Shown: in pieces, positions 56,345 through 64,000 of the stretch | Position numbering within the stretch: position 1 is the stretch's first letter | How the letters are laid out: each line of letters starts with the position of its first letter | Assembly: GCA_046538485.1 (NCBI GenBank) | Contig: JBKHIT010000022.1 | Span: 10,712 to 74,711 of the forward strand | Length of the DNA stretch: 64,000 nt | DNA from: Candidatus Brocadiia bacterium | Lineage (GTDB): Bacteria > Planctomycetota > Brocadiia > SM23-32 | Direction: 5' to 3' | The notes under the pieces: model-generated | Database searches by the model: none | Seen by the model: the letters and a program-made list of their open reading frames with translations, nothing else | What the model was told of the DNA's origin: nothing | Translations under genes and position numbers: made by a program

Positions 56345-57214
56345 GTGAACCATCTTCTCCTCCAGTCCGGCGATACGTTCCAGCTTGAAAGCGGCGACCG
56401 CTTCGCACTGGCCGGACCGGTGTTTCGGTTGGCCGGCGCGGCGCAGCTTCAGATGCAGTGCCCGGAGCCCGTCGTGGGCAGAACCAGACCCTGTGCCGGC
56501 GACGCGGCCATTCAGATTGGGCTGGAGGGTAAGTTGGCCCGGCTGGGTAAAGTGGAGATTGTCCTCGACTGGGACGAGAGCCCGAACGCAGACGTGGCCG
56601 CCTACAACGTGTATCGCGCGATGGGCGAGCCTGTCCGGCTGGATGCGCCCTACGAAAGCGTGGCCACCCCGCCGTGGACTGATACGGTTCTGGAGGACTG
56701 GACCGGCGTGATCACCTACCTGGTGCGGGCCGTGGACGCAGGCGGCAAAGAGGAGGCCAACATTCGCGAGGTCCTGGTGGTTCCCGTCGAGGCCGGCACC
56801 ATCGGCGTGCCACTACCCGCCGAGCCGCGTATCGTTGAGGCCCGTCCTATCGCCGGCGGCCGGATCGAGCTGGAGTGGCTCTACGACCCCGCCTACGAGC
56901 ACTTACCCGCCGGTGGTGTGGAGGGTCTCGGCCCCGGCGCCGCACACGAGGCCCGAATCTACTGGGACGGGGGCACCGGCGATATCGACTTCTCGGAGCC
57001 TCACGCCACCGTCCCCATGAACAACCCTACCGTGGCCGCCAGATTCACCTGGCGGTCCGATCCGCTGACCGATGGTCAGACCTACCGCTTTACCGTCCGG
57101 ACCGCTACGGCAGCACATCCTGGTGGGACCGAAACGTCAGATGTTTGTCAGGCTTCCGCCGTTGCGAACAGTTCGGAGCCATCAGTGCCGGTGCTGCAAG
57201 TGCGCCTTGCATGA
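56345..57214 (+). CDS. Phage protein with two fibronectin-III-like domains
   Basis: LLLQSGDTFQLESGD N-terminus; LDWDESP..DVAAYNVYR...YLVRAVD; LEWLY...LTDGQTYRFTVR. Confidence 0.65.
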   Translation: MNHLLLQSGDTFQLESGDRFALAGPVFRLAGAAQLQMQCPEPVVGRTRPCAGDAAIQIGLEGKLARLGKVEIVLDWDESPNADVAAYNVYRAMGEPVRLDAPYESVATPPWTDTVLEDWTGVITYLVRAVDAGGKEEANIREVLVVPVEAGTIGVPLPAEPRIVEARPIAGGRIELEWLYDPAYEHLPAGGVEGLGPGAAHEARIYWDGGTGDIDFSEPHATVPMNNPTVAARFTWRSDPLTDGQTYRFTVRTATAAHPGGTETSDVCQASAVANSSEPSVPVLQVRLA

Positions 57215-57244
57215 AACGTGCGATGGCTGGCGAACTCACAACTC

Positions 57245-60163
57245 CTATTGATCCTGCAACGAGATGTCGTCGTTTAATCCCAGTTCCCGAAGCGCGGTCT
57301 TTGTCTCCTCAACCTGCTGGTCCGTTACGCCGTCTTCAGGAGCAGCCTCTACCCTAACAACGAGCTTCAATCCCTTCGTGCCCGAAAAACGCGACAACAC
57401 CTTTGTGTAGAAGTTCATCCACTTTTGCGGTGGAACTTCTCCGGACCAACTGAGCGCCTTTTCACCTGAGGGAGGTGGAGGTGGCGACGTGGGAGTTTCC
57501 GAAATCCGGACGGTTGCCGATCCTTCGAACCCATCGGCCGTGGCCTTCACGAAAAAACTACCTTCGTCTTCCCCTGCGGTGTATACTCCCTCTTCATCAA
57601 CAGTTCCACCAGTGGCCTCCCATTCCACGGTCTCTAACGGCATTTGCTGCCCGTACTGGTCAAGTCCTTTTGCCATGAACGTTTGTTTCTTCCCCAGTTC
57701 GACCTCTGCACTTTCTGGAGTCACCGTAACCTGTGACAATTCAGGCGGTTCAATATGCTTCTTGGCTTCTTCTGCAGGAATGATGAACATGTCATCCGCG
57801 ATCTCAACCCGGCCAGGCATTATGCCTTCACCGAAGAAGAAAGGTTCGTATTTGCCTCGCCCCGATTTGCCAACATATGCGAATTTCTTACTCGATACGC
57901 CCCGGGCTATCGTCTGTGTGATGGAGTCCGGCTCAAGTAGTTTCGGAAACTGGGGAGATGCAAATATCGCATCACGGACGCCTTTGGTGCTCCACTCGTT
58001 GAAGGCGGGTGGCCAGTTTTTGACCAATGCACGCGGCCCTATGTAGATTTCCACCTCGCCTTTTTCTCTCAACCGCTCGAGCATGACGGATACGAGTGTG
58101 TCGCCGGAACTGGAATGGAGAAGACCCAGGTCCATGTGCTGCATTCCGTTGCCTTTGCCAAGGAAAACCAGGTTCTTATAGCTGCGCCACACGCACTCCT
58201 TCAGGTCCCGTTTTGCCTTCTTAAGGTTTTCCTGCAGGCGCCGCTTCTGTGAATCGTCCAAGCGCAATTCGTCTTCTTCGTGCTGGATATTCTCCCATGC
58301 AATGACTTTCCTGGCGTCTTCCCGCAGGGGAGCGCTGTCCTCCGGGACGGCGAATATGAGCGCATTCTTGAAGGTGCGATCAGACCGCCCATACTCGCGC
58401 GTCATCTTCTCAATGAGGTCGAGCGTATCACTTTCCTGCATGGAATGCTCCGGCGCCATGGCTACGAGGGCAAGTACCGGCCTATCCGGGATGTCGCTCG
58501 ATTTTTCCGGGAACGGGATGACCTGAAGCTCCTTTCCGGCCGTCACAACCTTCTGTATCTCCGTTCGAATGCGCTCTTCTATCTTAGACGCATTAACGGT
58601 GGCCCGGCGATCAGCCAGCAATTTGTTAAGGTTTGGCGTCAGGCTGAATCGATATCGATTTCCCTCCACAGAGAGGAAATAGCAGTTCGTTCCCAGACCT
58701 TCCAGGACGGTTTCGATGTTTCCGATATCGAGGTCTGGCTCAGCAACGGAAAGGCGGATTTCGGGGACTGTTGCTTCAGTGCGAGTCTGACCGCCGTTTG
58801 ATTCAAAAAAGATTGTGGTTGCCACCTTCCTGTGGAGCCGGGCCTCCTTTATAGTGTCCACTGCTTCTTCATCCATCCGCACCGCATGCGCATCTCGCTT
58901 GCCGCACACGTCAGTGGTCACAGGCCCCTCAAGGGCCTGCTCACCAAGCTGTTCGAAGGCAGCCGCGCGGAACATCGGATCATCCAACGGGGCAGTGCCA
59001 AGACCAATGAGAGCATCGCGGTGCGCTCCCTTGAATCCGGCTTCGTATGCGTTGGACACCCACAGGGCCAGCAAACGCAGGATACCCCGTGTTCGCTGGA
59101 AATTCGGCAGCGCCTGCCACTTGCGTTCAAACACAGAGAGAACCGTGGGGTGGAAGGGATAGGTGGCTTCGAACGTCTCGCGGGCGTGATCGACGGCAAA
59201 CCAACTGGGCACCTGCTGGCGGTGATCAATTACCCAGTCACCATACTCCGATGCAACCTTTCTGGCTTCTCCGGGCAGTCCTCCCCACTCGAACAGACGG
59301 CGCCGTATGATTTCTGAGGTCTCTTCCTCGGCCGCCATCACCACGGCCTTGCCCAGCCTGTCCAGCATTTTCTTGAAACGCTCATAATCTGCTTCATCCT
59401 CAGCGCTCATTTCCAACTCGGAAGCAGGGATCGATACCGCCAGGACGACATTATCCTCTCCCCGCGCAGTTTCAGACAGATTGTGCACGAAATCGTACAA
59501 CTGCGTGGCCAGACCGCTTTTGCGGTAGCGGCTCACATAGTTCATCAACTCGTCCATGAGGATCAGACAGGGCCTGTCGTTGGGCAGAAGCCGCCGGATA
59601 ACATCACCGCCTGGTGCAATCTGCTGTTTCTCATGTTCTTCCACAATGCTGAACGTTTCTGGCCCACCGAGCTGGTAAGCAATGTCTCCCCATGGTGTCT
59701 TACGGACGGGTTCTCCGTTTCCACCCCGGCCGGTGACAGAATCGAACTCTGTCCCGACGAACACGGCTGTGGCGGCCTCAGGTACACTGTTGATGCCGGC
59801 CTTCTTCTTGATGCGTTCGACATCAGGCCAGGGGTGCGAGGCCGGACCATTTTCGGCCAGATGGAACAGGAGCGTCAGCGCATGCGTCTTACCGCCGCCA
59901 AACTGCGTTGCCATGTTGAAGACGGCCGATGTTTCTGTTTTCAACCCAGACAGTCGGCGCACGACTTCCGCAGAAAAGCCCAAAAGGTTCTTTGTGATGT
60001 ACGTGCGCTCGAAAAACCGCTCCGGGTTCTGGTAGTCGTCCGGTGCTCGCTTCTCACGAACCTGATCAAGGTGGACGGCGAACTCGGCTGCATCGAGCGG
60101 TTTTCCTTCACGCAGGTCTTCTCGGGGAGTAACGATCTTGTACCACGGTTTGAGGTCCATCAT
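57245..60163 (-). CDS. DUF499 AAA+ ATPase with a C-terminal Ig-like domain
   Basis: LKPWYKIVTPREDL, FAVHL, Walker A TQFGGGKTH, Walker B LILMDEL, IIRRRLF, YPFHP, FQRTRGILRLL; Ig-like VTVTPESAEVELG...VEWEATGGTVDEEGVYTA. Confidence 0.9.
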   Translation of the reverse strand: MMDLKPWYKIVTPREDLREGKPLDAAEFAVHLDQVREKRAPDDYQNPERFFERTYITKNLLGFSAEVVRRLSGLKTETSAVFNMATQFGGGKTHALTLLFHLAENGPASHPWPDVERIKKKAGINSVPEAATAVFVGTEFDSVTGRGGNGEPVRKTPWGDIAYQLGGPETFSIVEEHEKQQIAPGGDVIRRLLPNDRPCLILMDELMNYVSRYRKSGLATQLYDFVHNLSETARGEDNVVLAVSIPASELEMSAEDEADYERFKKMLDRLGKAVVMAAEEETSEIIRRRLFEWGGLPGEARKVASEYGDWVIDHRQQVPSWFAVDHARETFEATYPFHPTVLSVFERKWQALPNFQRTRGILRLLALWVSNAYEAGFKGAHRDALIGLGTAPLDDPMFRAAAFEQLGEQALEGPVTTDVCGKRDAHAVRMDEEAVDTIKEARLHRKVATTIFFESNGGQTRTEATVPEIRLSVAEPDLDIGNIETVLEGLGTNCYFLSVEGNRYRFSLTPNLNKLLADRRATVNASKIEERIRTEIQKVVTAGKELQVIPFPEKSSDIPDRPVLALVAMAPEHSMQESDTLDLIEKMTREYGRSDRTFKNALIFAVPEDSAPLREDARKVIAWENIQHEEDELRLDDSQKRRLQENLKKAKRDLKECVWRSYKNLVFLGKGNGMQHMDLGLLHSSSGDTLVSVMLERLREKGEVEIYIGPRALVKNWPPAFNEWSTKGVRDAIFASPQFPKLLEPDSITQTIARGVSSKKFAYVGKSGRGKYEPFFFGEGIMPGRVEIADDMFIIPAEEAKKHIEPPELSQVTVTPESAEVELGKKQTFMAKGLDQYGQQMPLETVEWEATGGTVDEEGVYTAGEDEGSFFVKATADGFEGSATVRISETPTSPPPPPSGEKALSWSGEVPPQKWMNFYTKVLSRFSGTKGLKLVVRVEAAPEDGVTDQQVEETKTALRELGLNDDISLQDQ

Positions 60164-60173
60164 TTCCTCCTGT

Positions 60174-60758
60174 TCATATCAGGCTGAAAGTGCCTGTGTT
60201 TTTGTCAAGCTTCCACCACGTGAAAAAGCCGTATGGGAACATCGCCGATTCTTCCCGGCTTCCGACGACGAGCGCCGTTTCGCCAGTCAGACCATATCGG
60301 GTGGCTATTCCCATGGGCTTGACGACTTGCTCCTGTAGAAATCGCACCAGACCCCTTCCAGCCTCCGGGTCGCTTCTGTAGCAAAACACCAGTCGGAAAT
60401 CGGTCCGAACGCACAGGACTTTCCACAACGAGTAAGCCACCCGATCGTCGTCCTTGCTATTCTCCAGTTCCATGACGGCCACGGGGAAACGCCAACGGCC
60501 CTCGCTCTCACTGAAAGCCATTACGTCCAAAGCCAGGTATTCATGCCTGGCAACCGGCAACAGCTCCAGTCTGTGACCGATGGCAGACGCATACCAACCC
60601 AAGCCCTCGCAGGTCGAAACAGCTACCGCTGTAAGGGCTTTAGTCCATTCACCCAGATTCTCTTCGACGGCAGCGTCTCTGAGCTGCATCGCATTTTCAT
60701 GGCGAGATACTTCGCCCATGAATGCGTTCTTCCACTCTGTGGTCACGCTTTCAGACAT
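60174..60758 (-). CDS. Hypothetical protein, putative PD-(D/E)xK restriction-endonuclease-like fold
   Basis: EYLALDVMAF...PVAVMELENS...SLWKVLCV; located between the methylase and the ATPase. Confidence 0.6.
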   Translation of the reverse strand: MSESVTTEWKNAFMGEVSRHENAMQLRDAAVEENLGEWTKALTAVAVSTCEGLGWYASAIGHRLELLPVARHEYLALDVMAFSESEGRWRFPVAVMELENSKDDDRVAYSLWKVLCVRTDFRLVFCYRSDPEAGRGLVRFLQEQVVKPMGIATRYGLTGETALVVGSREESAMFPYGFFTWWKLDKNTGTFSLI

Positions 60759-60815
60759 CTTGTTTCGCCATCAATGGCGGAAGTACTCTTGCTCCGAACC
60801 AACCGGCTGCTCATT

Positions 60816-63785
60816 CTACAGACTCAACGATTTCTTGCGCGCGAGAACACCGTCAACCCACCGTTTCTCATCGGTGTTCTGCGGATAAAGGGCTGACAAT
60901 GCCTGGGCAAGGCGCCAGAAGCGCTGGTCTCGGCCCGCGCCTTCTTCCACGAGAAATCTTCTCATTGCCTGGGTTCTGTTAGTGGCGAAAAGTATCATGG
61001 CCTGATGCACGCGGTCCAGCGTCGTTTCCCCAGGGCCAGGGACACCCTCGGCTCCCCAGCCGCCTGATTCCTGCTCGGCCTCTTCAAGTTCCTCAAACAG
61101 GTTGGTCTGTTGGCTGCTTCTGCTGCGCTTTCCCCGCGGAGTTTCCGGCTCGCCTTTTCCGAACAGGTATTTTGTCCGTTCGGCAACGCGCAGCAGGCGT
61201 GCGGCATCCCCACTGACCTCAACCACGCTCTCCAATTCCTGCAGATGCGCCCCAAGGCCCTGGGCAATCTTCCGGGCGGCGTCGTATTCAAGCCCGAACC
61301 CACCACCGTGCGCTATCTTACTTCCGTTTCCATTTTCGCCGTTTGTGCCCGTTGAGAATGTCCACAGCCACATGGCTGTCAGACGGGCATCTTCTTCAAA
61401 ACCAGATACGTCCCCTCCTTCGAATACCATGTCCAAGGCTTCTCTGGCCACGGCAGACCATACGTGTTCAAGATATTCTCGTAGCGTTACCTCTCGGCCA
61501 CTTGCCTTTTCCACACGGTCATATTGCGAGAATACTTCGAGAGCGGGCCCAAGACAGGCAAAAATCGCATCAGCACCCACAATGCCTTCTTCGGAGAGCC
61601 GCGGTAGCCATTCGCCGATCCTTTGGGGCAAACTTTGCAGCACGTCTCGCCAATCGCCCACGTACTCACCTTCGGTTCTTCCAGCAGTCCGTTTCCGCGG
61701 CCGGCACACCAGGAAGACGGAGCTGGCGAGCGCCGCCGAGCCTTTTGCGCGCAACCGTGCTCCCCTCTCCGTTTCTATTGGCCAGGAGGCCGTCACGGTC
61801 CAGCCGGCCCGAGTCAGCGCACTTAACATGGCGTCCCAGCCTTCGGTTGTCTTGTGAGCAAAGAGCACTACGGCGCACCCAGTCGGGGTAAGAACACGCT
61901 GACACTCAGCAAGCGCCTTTTCCATTGTGTTCTCAAAGAACTTCTTGTCTTTGTCTTGCGAGCCTTCCACAGGGTCCCCAGGATCGAGAATACACTCTCC
62001 AGCTTTTGGCGTGAGTTCTTCCCCAAAAAGGTCCGGATGCTCTCTCCCCAGAATTCTTTTTAGCCATACGTAGCAGAAATCTGACAACGAAGCATATGGG
62101 ACCTGATCGTAGTAGGGCGGATCGGTAACGACAGCAGGAGCGGATTCATCTGGCAATTGGAGACTAGTTGCATCCTGCTCTTGGGCCGTGCCCCCGGTCA
62201 TGCAGACTTCGCCTTCTCTGTCCAGAATTTCACATACTTTTTTCAGAGCATACTCGAAACCTCCGACCAACCGAGGCATCAGAGGATTTGCTTCCGCGAA
62301 GTCCGGTCGCATCGCAAGGCCACTGCCCTGAATAAAGGCGGAAATCATGTGATCATACGAGTAGATAGACACCGAGCTGAGATAGTGCGACATATTACTC
62401 ACGGCCAAACCTAAGCAAGTGGCGACCGCCCTCGCCAAGGTCGGGTCATCAGTTTCCGCGACGACCTGGTCCTCGATATCGGAAATGATTCGGCCAAAGG
62501 TACCCAGAGCAAGGGCTTGCCGCCGAGTATATAAGTCGCTGAAAGACTCAATACCATATTTATGAAGTGAAAATGCTCGGCTGGCGCCTGGTCCCCTGGA
62601 TTTTGGTGTTGACTCTTCAAGGTTAATATCGATGGAGGCAGAAATCTCAGAGAAGCTTTTTGCTTCTTCCTCAGCCCTTTTGACGGCAGCCAAATCATCT
62701 TCATCCGCCAACCTATACCCTCGCGAACCGTCCTCGGCCAGAGTTATGACGGCTATTAACCGCGCATCATGTGTGCCGCCGTCCTTATCCCTGAGCTGTG
62801 ACCTGACACTCTTATAGGGAGTCGTGTACCCGCAAACCGGGCACGTTGCCTTAAACCCTCTTACTATAGTGTCGGGGAGGTCAGATGCAGAGGCCGGCTC
62901 GAAGATATCGAATGTAATGTCTTTGCTTTCTGTATCTCCCTCATAATCGAGCGCCTTTTTCGGGTCTTTCTTGCGAGCAAGCCAAAGCGTGCCCATCAAC
63001 GGGATCTCCGCCCCGCAACCTGGCCCCTCGCATTGAATTGTACGAGCCCACAGATACGTCAGAGGGATGCTCCCGTCCGGTTCCGGCGGATAGAACTTCT
63101 CGAGTTCTTCCCTGGCCCGCTCCAAAACTATGTTTCCCCACTTCGGAACGACCTCAGACAGCCGTTCGCCGTATTTCGGAATGTACTCGAGCGCGACTCT
63201 ATTGAGAAGTACTGCAACGGGATTCAAATCACTCGCAAAGGCCTCCCCACCAACCCGGAGTGCTTCAAAAGGTATGGAGCCAGCTCCCGCAAACGGGTCC
63301 ACTACCAGCGGTTTGTCGCCAGGCGCCGAATTCAGGCTGCGGTGTGCCGCCTGTGTGATCCGCCGGCTGGTTTGAAGAAAGAATTTGTTCACCGCCATAT
63401 CCCATCCAGAGAACTCCGCTATGAAATCAAGTAGGGCTCCCCGCAACCCCGTGAGATCATTTTCATCATCAGGGAAGCTTATCCGGGATACTGGCTCCCG
63501 GGCTTCTCTTTGGTCGGCAGACAACTTGCCCTTCTGAACCTGTTCCCGCAGATCCGCCATCGCCTGATATGCTTCTTCCCTGAACGCAGAAGGGCAGTTC
63601 TCGTCCGCCGGATCAGGCCATAATGCAGCACAGATGACCGCTCGACACGCGGCCAACGGTCGCGTCGCCCACCATACGTGCATGCCATGCAGGTGGGCTT
63701 TTCGCTTATTTTGGTCTCGCTCGGATTCTTCGGAGATTCTTCTGATGGGTAAGTCCACTTCAATGAGTCGCTTAGGATATTCCAT
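60816..63785 (-). CDS. DUF1156 amino-(adenine)-DNA methyltransferase
   Basis: KRLIEVDLPI, HVWWATRPL, DPFAGAGSIPFEALR, Zn ribbon CEGPGC/CPVC, catalytic TDPPYYD, FAHK, SWPI. Start placed at ATG 63785; the frame stays open to the window edge. Confidence 0.92.
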   Translation of the reverse strand: MEYPKRLIEVDLPIRRISEESERDQNKRKAHLHGMHVWWATRPLAACRAVICAALWPDPADENCPSAFREEAYQAMADLREQVQKGKLSADQREAREPVSRISFPDDENDLTGLRGALLDFIAEFSGWDMAVNKFFLQTSRRITQAAHRSLNSAPGDKPLVVDPFAGAGSIPFEALRVGGEAFASDLNPVAVLLNRVALEYIPKYGERLSEVVPKWGNIVLERAREELEKFYPPEPDGSIPLTYLWARTIQCEGPGCGAEIPLMGTLWLARKKDPKKALDYEGDTESKDITFDIFEPASASDLPDTIVRGFKATCPVCGYTTPYKSVRSQLRDKDGGTHDARLIAVITLAEDGSRGYRLADEDDLAAVKRAEEEAKSFSEISASIDINLEESTPKSRGPGASRAFSLHKYGIESFSDLYTRRQALALGTFGRIISDIEDQVVAETDDPTLARAVATCLGLAVSNMSHYLSSVSIYSYDHMISAFIQGSGLAMRPDFAEANPLMPRLVGGFEYALKKVCEILDREGEVCMTGGTAQEQDATSLQLPDESAPAVVTDPPYYDQVPYASLSDFCYVWLKRILGREHPDLFGEELTPKAGECILDPGDPVEGSQDKDKKFFENTMEKALAECQRVLTPTGCAVVLFAHKTTEGWDAMLSALTRAGWTVTASWPIETERGARLRAKGSAALASSVFLVCRPRKRTAGRTEGEYVGDWRDVLQSLPQRIGEWLPRLSEEGIVGADAIFACLGPALEVFSQYDRVEKASGREVTLREYLEHVWSAVAREALDMVFEGGDVSGFEEDARLTAMWLWTFSTGTNGENGNGSKIAHGGGFGLEYDAARKIAQGLGAHLQELESVVEVSGDAARLLRVAERTKYLFGKGEPETPRGKRSRSSQQTNLFEELEEAEQESGGWGAEGVPGPGETTLDRVHQAMILFATNRTQAMRRFLVEEGAGRDQRFWRLAQALSALYPQNTDEKRWVDGVLARKKSLSL

Positions 63786-64000
63786 GTCAGCCTCGTTCTT
63801 CTCACGTAACTTGTCAGACGTAAACGCAATGCCCGGTTGTCGGGCGCCCTTCGAGTGACCATTCGGCGCGTGTAGAGGGCTAGCACTCAAAGAAGGTGTA
63901 TTGTCGAAAAGACTCCGCCCTGTCGATACCATTCCACCACGATTCTTGGAGTGAGCGAGGGGAGAGCGAACGGTCCTTATGGGCTTACCAAAAAGCAGGA

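Larger units (their letters stand above)
52232..57214 (+). mobile_element. Prophage remnant (distal tail/fibre module)
   Basis: Tightly packed, co-oriented, visibly GC-richer genes with tail-fibre and FN3-like content. No capsid, terminase or integrase in the window. Confidence 0.7.

Noticed and set aside
63786-64000. N-terminal extension of the DUF1156 methylase, or the end of an upstream helicase
   Set aside because: The frame is open, but the sequence lacks family motifs and the conserved KRLIEV start follows ATG 63785; it cannot be resolved at the window edge.
1-64000. rRNA, tRNA, integrase or transposase genes
   Set aside because: None recognisable in the intergenic regions or the ORF set.

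Overview
Bacterial DNA, most likely from an anaerobic PVC-superphylum (Planctomycetota-like) organism. This is inferred from the prepilin/H-X9-DG genes, the sulfatase and the REP-like hairpins. Left to right: (1) Wood-Ljungdahl CODH/ACS genes on the minus strand (partial acsB, a CooF-like polyferredoxin, cooS/acsA, cooC, RACo), divergent from a DtxR/MntR-type regulator and metH. (2) lgt, an M14 peptidase, a methyltransferase and a prepilin-like gene. (3) An FmdE lipoprotein plus Opp/Nik-type ABC importer behind a NikR-like operator. (4) More prepilin-like genes, an AEC transporter, a TIM-barrel-like protein with an apparent ATC start, and a dGTPase preceded by a 44-aa basic ORF. (5) A divergent redox/corrinoid cluster (DUF1638, second RACo, ferredoxins, Trx-Grx, groES, metV-like, OsmC, methyltransferases, def) whose promoter shares a palindromic operator with the DtxR-type gene. 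(6) Three tandem fucose/arabinose-isomerase-like genes, an unusual sugar ABC importer and a sulfatase. (7) A MITE-like element that truncates a GC-rich phage-tail remnant. (8) A DUF1156 methyltransferase / putative PD-(D/E)xK nuclease / DUF499 ATPase defence-like operon running off the right edge. No rRNA, tRNA or CRISPR array was seen. All family assignments come from motif recognition by eye; no database searches were run.
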